Source: a virus (Duplodnaviria > Caudoviricetes). From it: 64,000 bases of DNA. The DNA lies in IMG/VR virus record IMGVR_UViG_3300042975_000096; one strand, 5' to 3'. The position numbers were made by a program, and so were the translations under genes. Below are positions 8,650 to 18,008 of the stretch, piece after piece. Within the stretch, counting starts at the first letter, position 1. Each line of letters starts with the position of its first letter. The notes beneath the pieces are model-generated. The model saw nothing but the letters and a program-made list of their open reading frames with translations. It searched no databases and was not told the origin of the DNA.

Positions 8650-9512
8650 ACATTTAACAACAAATCATTTTTATTAAATCCCAACTTATCAAATAATTGT
8701 TGCTCAGTAATACATATTCGTTGTTCAAATGAATCATCTATATTAAATAACCTTAAATATTCTGTTAGCCCATCATCATGTGTTTTGTTTAATGGCGAAT
8801 AATACACTTTTTTACCTAATGCAGAAAACTCAAAAATCATCTTTCCTATATTTTCAGAAAATACTGAATTATCTTCCGTAACACTTCTCCATCGATTGTA
8901 ATGTAATTCATTTAGCATCATATTGTTTAATAACATATTCCCATTTTTTGTCCTTTTACAACTTGAAATTGTTCCATTAACAACATCCATCTTTTTTAAA
9001 TGATTAAACCTTTCTTTGGAAAATTTATGATAATACACAAAATATTTTTCCCAATCAAAAAAAGTCTGATTCATTTTATTTCCCAACATTATAGTATTCG
9101 GAAGTCCTTTAACATAATCAATAAATTTACTATTTTGATTATAAAAATCATAAATTATTCTACCAGCATCTAATAATATTAACTTATCATATTTAAATGG
9201 TATTGAATCAATAAATCTAAAAACGCCAAATGACATAATTAAATTGTTAAAGTTATTATTTTTTATAAATTCATTTAATGTATGGATTTCTACATATATT
9301 GGATTTAATAATTTAATAGGAACGCTTTTGTTTAACGTCTGTATATATTCCACATTTTGTTTCACCATTGAGTCTGACGCATCAAACAATATGTAACAAT
9401 AAATATTATTCATATATTTGTTTAAGTTGTAAAACGAATCAATCAATGATGTAGTTGTCCCATCTAAAAACGGATAATATATAACTATCGCATTCTTTTT
9501 TATAAACTCCAT
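8631..9512 (-). CDS. Putative glycosyltransferase-like protein
   Basis: ENIGKMIFEFSALGKKV resembles the GT-B E-x-FG-x4-E-x3-G-x2-V motif; overlaps the sugar dehydrogenase gene. Confidence 0.4.
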   Translation of the reverse strand: MEFIKKNAIVIYYPFLDGTTTSLIDSFYNLNKYMNNIYCYILFDASDSMVKQNVEYIQTLNKSVPIKLLNPIYVEIHTLNEFIKNNNFNNLIMSFGVFRFIDSIPFKYDKLILLDAGRIIYDFYNQNSKFIDYVKGLPNTIMLGNKMNQTFFDWEKYFVYYHKFSKERFNHLKKMDVVNGTISSCKRTKNGNMLLNNMMLNELHYNRWRSVTEDNSVFSENIGKMIFEFSALGKKVYYSPLNKTHDDGLTEYLRLFNIDDSFEQRICITEQQLFDKLGFNKNDLLLNVLKKGN

Positions 9513-10759
9513 ACCTTTATTCCTTTTTTTTCAAAATATTTTCTATCAAACAAACCTTTTATATCAAATAGTGTCTTATCTTTTTTTAAGGCATTGGCAA
9601 TATATTTTTTATGTTTTAAAAATGAATCATGCTTAACAACAACAACTATACTATCCACATTTTTAGGAAGTTGATTAACAATATTGATTGAATTTCCATA
9701 TAAAGTTTTTAATTCTTCTTTATTACACACATCATCAAAAACAATAACCTTGTATCCAACTGTTACTAAAAAGTCGTACAATTCAACTGCTTTTGAGTTT
9801 CGTACATCATTACAATTTTCTTTAAATGTGATTCCCATCAATAATATTGTTTCATTTTTATTTGGCAATTCTTTTTCTATTTGTTCTCCAATAAAACCAA
9901 TAACATATTCATTAATATTACGTGACTGTAAAATAATATCATAAATATCCAATCCCTTTATTATTGGTTTTAAATAGTACGGGTCAACGCCAATACAATG
10001 ACCGCCAACCAATCCTGGTTGATATTCCGCATTAATAAAATTAAATTTAGAACTAGCTACATTTATCACTTCCGTTGTATCAATATTATAATAATGACAT
10101 AATCTAGCGAACTCATTCATCAAAGCAATATTTACATCTCTTTTTACATTCTCCATTATTTTTGACATCTCCGCAACCTCTAATGAAGAACATGCTCTAA
10201 CTTTATTACCTAAAATTATTCCATACAATTGTTTTAACTCTTTACAATAAAATGCATTACTGCCTGAAACTAATTTTGTGATTTCTTTTATTGTTTTCCC
10301 ACCTTTACCTGGTTGTAATCGTTCTGGGGAAAAACCAACTCCAAAATCATCATTCAATTTCAATTTTGATTCTTTTTCTAAGATTGGAACACATAAATTT
10401 CTAGTAGTTCCTGGGCAAACAGTTGACTCAAATATAACTATATTCTTTTTTTTCAACACTTTACCTACTGATTTACAAGCAGAAACTACATATATATAAT
10501 CTGGATTATTTCCAGCATCAACTGGAGTTGGTACACACACTATATATACATTGCAATCTTCTGGCATTTCAGATACGAATCTTATATTTTTAAGTAATTC
10601 AGAATCAACACTTTCTGTTTCATCAATACCATTTTTATATTTTTCCATTTTTTCTTCATTAACGTCAAACCCATACACAGTTACATATTTACCAAATTCA
10701 GAAGCCAATTGAATTCCAACATATCCTAATCCAACAATACAAATCTTAATATTATTCAT
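9500..10759 (-). CDS. UDP-N-acetylhexosamine/nucleotide-sugar dehydrogenase (WecC/TviB/WbpO-like)
   Basis: GLGYVG, CVPTP, ESTVCPG, SPER, PGLVGGHCIGVDPYYL, GITFKENCNDVRNSK. Confidence 0.92.
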   Translation of the reverse strand: MNNIKICIVGLGYVGIQLASEFGKYVTVYGFDVNEEKMEKYKNGIDETESVDSELLKNIRFVSEMPEDCNVYIVCVPTPVDAGNNPDYIYVVSACKSVGKVLKKKNIVIFESTVCPGTTRNLCVPILEKESKLKLNDDFGVGFSPERLQPGKGGKTIKEITKLVSGSNAFYCKELKQLYGIILGNKVRACSSLEVAEMSKIMENVKRDVNIALMNEFARLCHYYNIDTTEVINVASSKFNFINAEYQPGLVGGHCIGVDPYYLKPIIKGLDIYDIILQSRNINEYVIGFIGEQIEKELPNKNETILLMGITFKENCNDVRNSKAVELYDFLVTVGYKVIVFDDVCNKEELKTLYGNSINIVNQLPKNVDSIVVVVKHDSFLKHKKYIANALKKDKTLFDIKGLFDRKYFEKKGIKVWSL

Positions 10760-10789
10760 TATCTCAACCCTTTCCAATCATATTATAAC

Positions 10790-10819
10790 AAAAAAGACCT
10801 TGTTTTTATAAGGTCTTTT
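10790..10819. terminator. Intrinsic terminator
   Basis: AAAAGACCTT/AAGGTCTTTT inverted repeat. Confidence 0.6.
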
Positions 10820-10825
10820 ATCGAA

Positions 10826-11110
10826 TTAATGATTATCAAAATCCTTTACATATTTTTCATAATTCTCTTTAAAATCACGTATACACTCTTGTAATTTTTC
10901 TTCTGAACATTCAGATACAGTTTTATGATAATCTTCTACTCCAAAATCCGGTTCCCCATTAATTACAGGCACAATCATACAATCGTTTCCATACGCATCA
11001 CTTAAATCTGCACAATAATTTGTACCGTTATATTGGAAAAAGTCTCTAAACTGTTTTCTACCTTCCGTAAAATGAACTTCTTTTGCTAATCTTTTTCTTA
11101 ATATATTCAT
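10826..11110 (-). CDS. Small hypothetical protein with RKRLA leader
   Basis: MNILRKRLAKE start after AAGGGG SD. Confidence 0.65.
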   Translation of the reverse strand: MNILRKRLAKEVHFTEGRKQFRDFFQYNGTNYCADLSDAYGNDCMIVPVINGEPDFGVEDYHKTVSECSEEKLQECIRDFKENYEKYVKDFDNH

Positions 11111-11176
11111 CACACAAACCCCTTTTAGTTTAATTATTTTCAAAAACAATATATAAAATAAATTGAAAAAAATAAT

Positions 11177-11213
11177 AAAAAGGCTAGACCAAATAAATGG
11201 TCTAGCCTTTTTT
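11177..11213. terminator. Strong terminator after major capsid gene
   Basis: AAAAAGGCTAGACCA/TGGTCTAGCCTTTTT. Confidence 0.85.
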
Positions 11214-11223
11214 ATATCAAAAA

Positions 11224-12063
11224 TTACTTAATCGTAATCTTTGCAACGGACATGCCATTAACTACAGACATACCGATTTCTTCATAAACAACCCAACCAA
11301 CGCGAAGCTCTTCAGGTTTATCAGCAGGAATAACCTGGATATCCTGACGAATTGGCATTACACCAACGAACTCTGGGTCAGCAAGTACATAAACCGTATT
11401 GAGCGGAACTTTCTTAGAAATAAGGATTTCAGCCGTCCAAATATGTCCGAAAGAACCAGTCTGCAATACTTCATGCTGCGTTACCGGGTCAAACTCATTC
11501 TGACCCCATTTACGAATGTCAGCGAAAGCCTGTGCGTTCATGACAATCTTCGTAACTGCGAGGTCATGCTTCTCAACTTCACGGAAAGCCGTAGCAAGAG
11601 CATCACGAGTAAGTCCACCAGCACTAACAGTCGCAGGGTTAACAGACGTGGAAGCAGCTTCCAACAGACTGAATACAGTCTCATCCTCTGTAGCCATGAT
11701 GTCTGACTTAGCACGTTGCTGTGCACGGTCAATGATGTTAAATCTACGCTCTTTAATCTGAGAGAAACGAACCTGCGGATATGCGACTACTTCAAAAGTC
11801 GGAACCTGGATTCTTTCACCCTCAACCAACTGGTCTGGTGCCTGTCCACGCTTAGAAACTACGAAAGCCTTAGCATCAACATCACGGTCATAAACCGGAA
11901 GAGCACCCTGTGGCAACGGGTCAACTACGAGCAACTTACGTCCAATACCCTGATAATCAAGGGACATACGAATTGGGTTAGCCATAGCACTTGCAAGTGC
12001 TGCACGACCCTCATTTGTTTCAAGAGCATTGGAGATTAAATATTCTTTTTCTTCTTGTGTCAT
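11224..12063 (-). CDS. Major capsid protein (HK97 fold)
   Basis: GRAALASAMANPIR..DYQGIGRKLL..PLPQGALPVYDRD..; C-terminal GWVVYEEIGMSVVN; higher-GC optimised codons, GGAGG SD, strong terminator, downstream of protease and portal. Confidence 0.85.
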   Translation of the reverse strand: MTQEEKEYLISNALETNEGRAALASAMANPIRMSLDYQGIGRKLLVVDPLPQGALPVYDRDVDAKAFVVSKRGQAPDQLVEGERIQVPTFEVVAYPQVRFSQIKERRFNIIDRAQQRAKSDIMATEDETVFSLLEAASTSVNPATVSAGGLTRDALATAFREVEKHDLAVTKIVMNAQAFADIRKWGQNEFDPVTQHEVLQTGSFGHIWTAEILISKKVPLNTVYVLADPEFVGVMPIRQDIQVIPADKPEELRVGWVVYEEIGMSVVNGMSVAKITIK

Positions 12064-12079
12064 ATTCTTTTACCTCCAA

Positions 12080-12592
12080 TTATACGTGCATGATGAAGCC
12101 GAGGAATTTTCCACCGTTAGCAGCTTCGCCAGCCCATTCTTTCATATTACCCTGTCTGTATTCGCCAACAGCAACTACAGTACCGAGTTCCTTATCACCA
12201 TCATTAGCAGGAACAATCTGACCATTTGCATCAGTCGTGATTCCCTTACCAACTGTGAACTTATCAATCGTTGCACCCAAACGAGTTTCAGCAACGTGAT
12301 ACTCACCACCGATGAAATAGAAAGATGCCTTACCAGAAGCGTTAATCATATCCTTCAAATCCTCACGGATAAGACCAACTGCTCCAGCACCTTTCGCACC
12401 AGCGAAAACAACTTTACCATCAGCACTAATCGCTGCAAAGCGACCTGCCGTTTTACCCTCTACTGCTTCTGCAACCGTTGCATCAACGTCATAGAAACCG
12501 TTAATCGGGCCTTCAATAGCAGCTCTAACATAATCTGTAGAGTTGAACGTAGGGCCAAAAACAAAATGACCACCTGCATTATTCATTGCCAT
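12080..12592 (-). CDS. Head decoration/cement protein
   Basis: Gly/Ala-rich 170 aa immediately upstream of MCP, same codon bias, GGAGGTG SD. Confidence 0.6.
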   Translation of the reverse strand: MAMNNAGGHFVFGPTFNSTDYVRAAIEGPINGFYDVDATVAEAVEGKTAGRFAAISADGKVVFAGAKGAGAVGLIREDLKDMINASGKASFYFIGGEYHVAETRLGATIDKFTVGKGITTDANGQIVPANDGDKELGTVVAVGEYRQGNMKEWAGEAANGGKFLGFIMHV

Positions 12593-12882
12593 TAAAGAAA
12601 CACCTCCATAAAACTTTCAATATTTTTTAATTTATAAGAAGTGTTTAACTATAAAACGTGATAATTGCAGTAAACATACACATTCAAGAGAATGCAGAAA
12701 TATAAATAATTGTTTTATCCGCTAAACACTATCTTTCGACTTGTTACATTATTAAAATATACATTTTTCAAATAAATATAACCTCGTTTTTACCAATTCA
12801 ATAATTATTTATCTAAAAAACTTTTATTTTTTCATGTTCTGTAATATAAATATCTTTTATTTAATTAAATATTATCTCTTTT

Positions 12883-13953
12883 TTAAAAATTTTTATTATA
12901 TTCTAAAATACTTTCATTTAATGCATTTATATCCATACTATTATATATGGGTAAACTTATTGAATGATGTGCAATACGATTAGCTACACTATTACTTGTA
13001 TTCAAATATAACTTATTATCCCAAATTGTATTTGAATACAATGAATCTGTTTCAAAATAATTTTTCAATAATTGAATAGTCTCGTTTTCACCCTCTACCT
13101 GAATTCTACACCATGCAGAGATTGAATTAGATTCTACTTCCTGAAAAGCAACACCTTTTAACTGTTTATAACAATCCGCTATTTCATTTCTTTTTTTCAA
13201 AATTGTATCAATAGTTCGTGCTCTTTCCAGCATCATTATTACATGAAGCGAGTCAACTTCACCATTAGTTCCATCAACAATACAATTATTATCACCATTT
13301 GAACCATGATTCAATAATGAGCATGATTTTTTATATAAATCCTCATCATTTGTAAATAAAGCTCCACCTTCACCAAAGCCACCAAACGGTTTAGTCGGAT
13401 AAAAAGAAACAGCAGACATGTCACAACCAACATTACATGTCTTTTTACCATGATATTCTGCCGTAAATGATTGGCAAGCGTCTTCTAAAACAGGAATGTT
13501 ATATTTTTTTCCTAAATCTAAAATAGAATCATAATCACAAGGATTCCCAAAAATATCTACAGGCAAAATACACTTAATAGATTTATTGGTTTTTAATTCT
13601 TCTTCTAATTTATTCACATCAATGTTCCATGTATTTTTATCTATATCTATAATTACAGGTTTTGCCCCAACAAGTCGTATTGCTGATAAAGTAGCAATAA
13701 AAGTATATGCCGTTGTTGCTACTAAGTCCCCTTCTTTTATACCCAAACACTTTAATGCGACTGCCAATGCCTGTGTTCCTGATTTTGTTAATATACAATA
13801 TTTACTTCCTGTAAAATTTGACAAAATGTTTTGCAGTCTATCCTTATAATCAGAACTCATAAATCTTCCTTTTAAAACTGCATTATCTAATTCTTTAAAC
13901 GCATTTCTTTTTATTGTTAAATATTCAAATTTATTATCAAAGTATTTAATCAT
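12883..13953 (-). CDS. DegT/DnrJ/EryC1/StrS sugar aminotransferase (WbpE-like)
   Basis: SGTQAL, TFIAT, EDACQS, SFYPTKP (PLP Lys), GEGGA; start set at MIKYFD. Confidence 0.92.
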   Translation of the reverse strand: MIKYFDNKFEYLTIKRNAFKELDNAVLKGRFMSSDYKDRLQNILSNFTGSKYCILTKSGTQALAVALKCLGIKEGDLVATTAYTFIATLSAIRLVGAKPVIIDIDKNTWNIDVNKLEEELKTNKSIKCILPVDIFGNPCDYDSILDLGKKYNIPVLEDACQSFTAEYHGKKTCNVGCDMSAVSFYPTKPFGGFGEGGALFTNDEDLYKKSCSLLNHGSNGDNNCIVDGTNGEVDSLHVIMMLERARTIDTILKKRNEIADCYKQLKGVAFQEVESNSISAWCRIQVEGENETIQLLKNYFETDSLYSNTIWDNKLYLNTSNSVANRIAHHSISLPIYNSMDINALNESILEYNKNF

Positions 13954-13975
13954 TATAATTTCTACACCTTTCATC

Positions 13976-14002
13976 AAAAAATACCCAATTAAGGGTATTT
14001 TT
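13976..14002. terminator. Intrinsic terminator
   Basis: AAAAAATACCC/GGGTATTTTT. Confidence 0.6.
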
Positions 14003-14740
14003 TCATCTACTTCCCATAGACCATCCCAAATCACTAAATTTATCTTTTAATGATTTGCCAAATGATTTTGATTGTTGTACTACAGGTTTTGTAAGTCCTT
14101 GTAAATTACTCATTGGATTTTTACGATTTGCAACTTTCTTTGGTTTTGAAGATGCATTCAAAGAAGCCTTTAATGCATCCATTCCTTCTGATAAATCACC
14201 ATTAACTGATTCTGAGGTTAAATTTCCCATTTGAGTTTCCATAATTCTATTTGCTTTTATATCAGCTAACGAACGATGTTCACTAAAATCTGATGAAGAA
14301 ATATTTGTAGCCATCGATGGCACTTCTTGTGAAAAATCTCCAATTACTGGACCACTTTTCTTTATTTTTCGTAATGCCTTTTCAGCTTCGGTCAAATTTT
14401 CTTCTTCTTCACTTAATGATGGGTCTGCATTATTAACATCAATCCAAACTTCCGCTTCAACTTCTTTTGCATATTTTTCAAATTCTTCATCTGATAATGT
14501 TTGCACTTCTAACAATTTCATTTCCCTGTCAGACTCATCAATTAAATTTTTCTTAATTGCCATATCAACAATTTTATCAAATTTAGTTGCAAATTTACTT
14601 TCAACCTCAATTTTATTTGACTGTTGTTCTACTGGTTTTTTGATTTCCTCTGTCTTTTTATCAAATAAAACATTATTCAACATCGCAAAAGATATTCTAT
14701 AAAATTTTGGTTCTGGTTTTACAATTTTCAAATTAAGCAA
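14003..14740 (-). CDS. Putative scaffolding protein
   Basis: Charged, helical, between protease and capsid genes; positional inference. Confidence 0.4.
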   Translation of the reverse strand: MLNLKIVKPEPKFYRISFAMLNNVLFDKKTEEIKKPVEQQSNKIEVESKFATKFDKIVDMAIKKNLIDESDREMKLLEVQTLSDEEFEKYAKEVEAEVWIDVNNADPSLSEEEENLTEAEKALRKIKKSGPVIGDFSQEVPSMATNISSSDFSEHRSLADIKANRIMETQMGNLTSESVNGDLSEGMDALKASLNASSKPKKVANRKNPMSNLQGLTKPVVQQSKSFGKSLKDKFSDLGWSMGSR

Positions 14741-14746
14741 CCACTA

Positions 14747-15292
14747 TCACTCGCTTTCTTCTGAATTGTTATTTTCAGGCTCTTCTTGCTCAGAAGTAGA
14801 TTCTCCACTTTCTTCTGAATCTGAAGAAGGAGCTGATTCCGCATTATCATTACCAGGTAATGATGGGCTTGACTCTGAATCATTATTCGATTCCTGTTCA
14901 TCCAAATCTATATCAACATCGCTTGACTCTGAATCATCAGAATCATTAGGTATATCATCATTTAAATTATAACCATTGTTATTATCTGAATCAGGACTAT
15001 CTTGGTCACTCATATTAATTTGGTCATTATCATATTGAGGTACAATATCAATATTCTCCAAATCATAACAAATACTATATAATCCAGACATCAACTTATC
15101 TAGCATGTCTGAATTTTGAATGATTTTATCACCAATCTCAGGATTATTGCCTGAAATTTTTGCACACTGTTCAACCTTGAATTTAAATTCTTCTAATGAT
15201 TTTAAAATATCTCTACCATCTTGTGATGCTCCTGATATTAATTTTTGAATTGACTGCATATTATCAGCAATTAGTCTTTTCACATTTTTCAC
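14747..15292 (-). CDS. Coiled-coil protein with acidic tail and KRLIA leader
   Basis: MKNVKRLIAD; D/E/S-rich C-terminal half. Confidence 0.65.
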   Translation of the reverse strand: MKNVKRLIADNMQSIQKLISGASQDGRDILKSLEEFKFKVEQCAKISGNNPEIGDKIIQNSDMLDKLMSGLYSICYDLENIDIVPQYDNDQINMSDQDSPDSDNNNGYNLNDDIPNDSDDSESSDVDIDLDEQESNNDSESSPSLPGNDNAESAPSSDSEESGESTSEQEEPENNNSEESE

Positions 15293-15354
15293 CCTCTATA
15301 AGCCTATAATCTATAATCTAAATATACATTCATTTATATTTTATGATAAAAATA

Positions 15355-15389
15355 AAAAAAAGCAGACTTAAAAAATAAAGTCTGCTTTT
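15355..15389. terminator. Intrinsic terminator after protease
   Basis: AAAAGCAGACTT/AAGTCTGCTTTT. Confidence 0.7.
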
Positions 15390-15392
15390 CAT

Positions 15393-16298
15393 TCAACTCC
15401 ACGGTAAATCTTTTAATTTGTCTACCATTGAATCCATTCTTCCGTCTGCTGTGCGCTGATTCTTTTCATTTGCATACACGTTTTTATTATCAGTATAATA
15501 TTTTGGAACAAAAATACCTGAACGATTTTGTTTACTAGCTACACGTTCTAAAATTTTTGCATCTGGGTCTGCTCCTTGCGTTACAATACTATCCTCAAAA
15601 AACTCAACATCCCTATTATCCTCAAATACAGGCAACCCGTTATATGTTAGCCCTTTATAATTAAGAACATGTTCGCAAATATCATCATCAGAATGTGCTT
15701 CATTTCCGCAAATAGAACAAATTGCATATCCGCATCTACATCCCATAGAGGTATCTGTTAACCATCTTTTTATAATTCCACTTGCCAACTGAGGAAATGC
15801 TTTTTTATCAATTGCTTCTAACAACTCTACAAAATATCCATTTGTATTATAAATAGCATCTAAAATGATGCCACGAGCATCATCCACATTTTCATCATTA
15901 TGGTCAACGAACACCGATTTACCAATAAATGTTTTATATTTTAATTCCAATTCCTCGTGAGAAAAGAAATCACCATTAAGATTTGCGTTTCTACAAACCT
16001 TTGCATAATTAGGAAAATCATTATAATACGTTTCAATATCAACTAATTCGCAATTACCATTCTTATGCTCAATTACATTACCTGCCGAAACAGCACGATT
16101 TCTAATATAAATAAAATCATTTTCCTTTGGCGCAATCTGAACTACTTTAGCAGTCTTAATACGCTTATCAACTTTATTTAAAGTAGAACTATCTTTAAGC
16201 AATTCTAGCCCTGCTTTTTTGTTTCCATATAACGTAAAAATTCCATTGTATTCTGTGAAATCTTCTATTCGCCCTTTTGTATTATTTCTAAATAACAT
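15393..16298 (-). CDS. Prohead (capsid maturation) protease with Zn-finger insert
   Basis: NLNGDFF..FVDH (His), GIILDA, TSMG (Ser), CSICG..ICEH, FFEDSIV..ADPDAKI; HK97/assemblin-type layout. Confidence 0.75.
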   Translation of the reverse strand: MLFRNNTKGRIEDFTEYNGIFTLYGNKKAGLELLKDSSTLNKVDKRIKTAKVVQIAPKENDFIYIRNRAVSAGNVIEHKNGNCELVDIETYYNDFPNYAKVCRNANLNGDFFSHEELELKYKTFIGKSVFVDHNDENVDDARGIILDAIYNTNGYFVELLEAIDKKAFPQLASGIIKRWLTDTSMGCRCGYAICSICGNEAHSDDDICEHVLNYKGLTYNGLPVFEDNRDVEFFEDSIVTQGADPDAKILERVASKQNRSGIFVPKYYTDNKNVYANEKNQRTADGRMDSMVDKLKDLPWS

Positions 16299-16317
16299 TT
16301 ACCTATCACCAACTTTT

Positions 16318-16620
16318 TTAAAACGTTTCCCAAACGCCTATACTTTTCAAATATCTCTCTACTGTATCTAAACATTCTTGCCAATGTTTTTTTACTTCAC
16401 CTATTGGACAAACTTCATCCAATAATCCCATCTGTATCTGCTGAGTTAATTCATATACACGTTCACCTGTTGGAACAATCGGTAAATCTGCCAAAATCTG
16501 TTTTGCTAACAAATATGATTCATTGCTATTAATCAATCTCGTGGAAGATTTATCAACAATTGAAGTTACAACATTATGCGTATATGGAGATACATGGTTA
16601 CTTAATCTTTTAAAAGCCAT
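16318..16620 (-). CDS. Hypothetical protein with KRL leader
   Basis: MAFKRLS; AGGAG SD. Confidence 0.65.
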   Translation of the reverse strand: MAFKRLSNHVSPYTHNVVTSIVDKSSTRLINSNESYLLAKQILADLPIVPTGERVYELTQQIQMGLLDEVCPIGEVKKHWQECLDTVERYLKSIGVWETF

Positions 16621-16638
16621 TTATGCTTCAACTCCTAT

Positions 16639-16974
16639 TCAAGTTTCGGAGATTTTTTGTTCATTCAAAACGTCATTTATTGTTTTGCTTTCATGTTTTA
16701 TTGGTTTTGAAAATTTATATTCATTTAAATAGCTCTTCATCACTTCAAAAAAACGGTTATCTTTAACACCTATTTTTTCTTCCATTTCAACATACGATGA
16801 ACTTATTTTATCTCCTGTTGTTACCTTTAAATAAGGCAACTCGACTATATAGTTCAAAATTTTATTTAATTCAGAATCCCTTAACGAAACAAAACCAATA
16901 TTATTATCAATCTCATCAATACAAACAATTGCACAGGTTTCATCATTCGCATTTAATATCTTAAAACTAAACAT
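16639..16974 (-). CDS. Hypothetical protein
   Basis: 111 aa ORF in operon. Confidence 0.6.
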   Translation of the reverse strand: MFSFKILNANDETCAIVCIDEIDNNIGFVSLRDSELNKILNYIVELPYLKVTTGDKISSSYVEMEEKIGVKDNRFFEVMKSYLNEYKFSKPIKHESKTINDVLNEQKISET

Positions 16975-16982
16975 AATATTCG

Positions 16983-18005
16983 TTACCGCCTTTCAAATTG
17001 TTCTTGAAAATATTCAAATATTTTATTATCAACATTTTTCAACTTTTCAGGCTCTAGAATATATGCAATGCAACTTTCTTTATAATAACTATCTGCATTT
17101 TGTTCTGCTAAAAAAGTAATAAATCTATCGTTAGGAAAAATCACATCTTTACTGGTTTTTGAATAATATAGTTCTTTTACCTTATCAGGTGTATCTTTTA
17201 AATTCAGAATAACGCTTAACAAATCGTGTCTATAATTATCTAAAGAAAATTTTATATAATACTCACTTTTTTCTTCGTCTTCAACAACCCTTAACATATC
17301 TAAAACTTCCTTGTTTACATTTTCCATCTCAAAGCAATCAACAAATTTTATTTTTACTCCCATCTTTATGACTTTATGAAACTTTATTTTCACAATATTA
17401 TAAAAAGTAGCAATTGATTTCTTATACATTGTTGGTACATTGTACAATTTCAAATCATTTGAAATTAAATTGCTATTATTAAAAAAATCAACAGGTCTTA
17501 CTAAATATGAATCACAATCGTCTTTCATAAAATGTTTTTTTAGCACTTCAATGTTATTATTGTTTACCAAAAATTGACAAACTTTACACGCTGATTTATG
17601 TGCAACAAAATTATAGTCTAATTTATTATCAGTTACAATTATCATTTGAACATTTTTATAAAAATATTGCAATTCCTCATCAATTATTTTTAATAACATT
17701 TTTAAAAAATCACAATCTATAGATTTATATTGATTATAATAATGTTCCATTGACCTAAACAAACTCATCGCCCATATTTTACGTCTAGATTCATTTTCTT
17801 CAACGAATTTATCAACATTATTATTTTTATCAACAACTCTAAATGATTCCATTGCTTTATATTTAATTTGCGGAAAATAATTGAACAATAAATCTGTAAT
17901 CTGTTCTGAACCATTCCAAAAATCGCCAACAGAATGAATTCCATTGGCAACTTCCCCAATTTGCAATGCTAACTCTTTAGAAATAATTCTTATTTTTTTA
18001 TCCAT
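16983..18005 (-). CDS. Putative minor head protein (MuF-like position) with degenerate zincin-like C-terminus
   Basis: Directly after portal; ACKVC..C motif; C-terminal YYKESCIAYILEPEKLK resembles ATLF-type tail. Confidence 0.4.
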   Translation of the reverse strand: MDKKIRIISKELALQIGEVANGIHSVGDFWNGSEQITDLLFNYFPQIKYKAMESFRVVDKNNNVDKFVEENESRRKIWAMSLFRSMEHYYNQYKSIDCDFLKMLLKIIDEELQYFYKNVQMIIVTDNKLDYNFVAHKSACKVCQFLVNNNNIEVLKKHFMKDDCDSYLVRPVDFFNNSNLISNDLKLYNVPTMYKKSIATFYNIVKIKFHKVIKMGVKIKFVDCFEMENVNKEVLDMLRVVEDEEKSEYYIKFSLDNYRHDLLSVILNLKDTPDKVKELYYSKTSKDVIFPNDRFITFLAEQNADSYYKESCIAYILEPEKLKNVDNKIFEYFQEQFERR

Positions 18006-18008
18006 TGT

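Noticed and set aside
11224-12063. Encapsulin nanocompartment shell
   Set aside because: Size fits, but portal, prohead protease, terminase and tail genes in the same window indicate a phage major capsid protein
11443-12595. Long + strand ORFs (11443, 11516, 11716, 11991, 12029)
   Set aside because: Antisense shadows of codon-biased capsid and decoration genes; no SD or motifs
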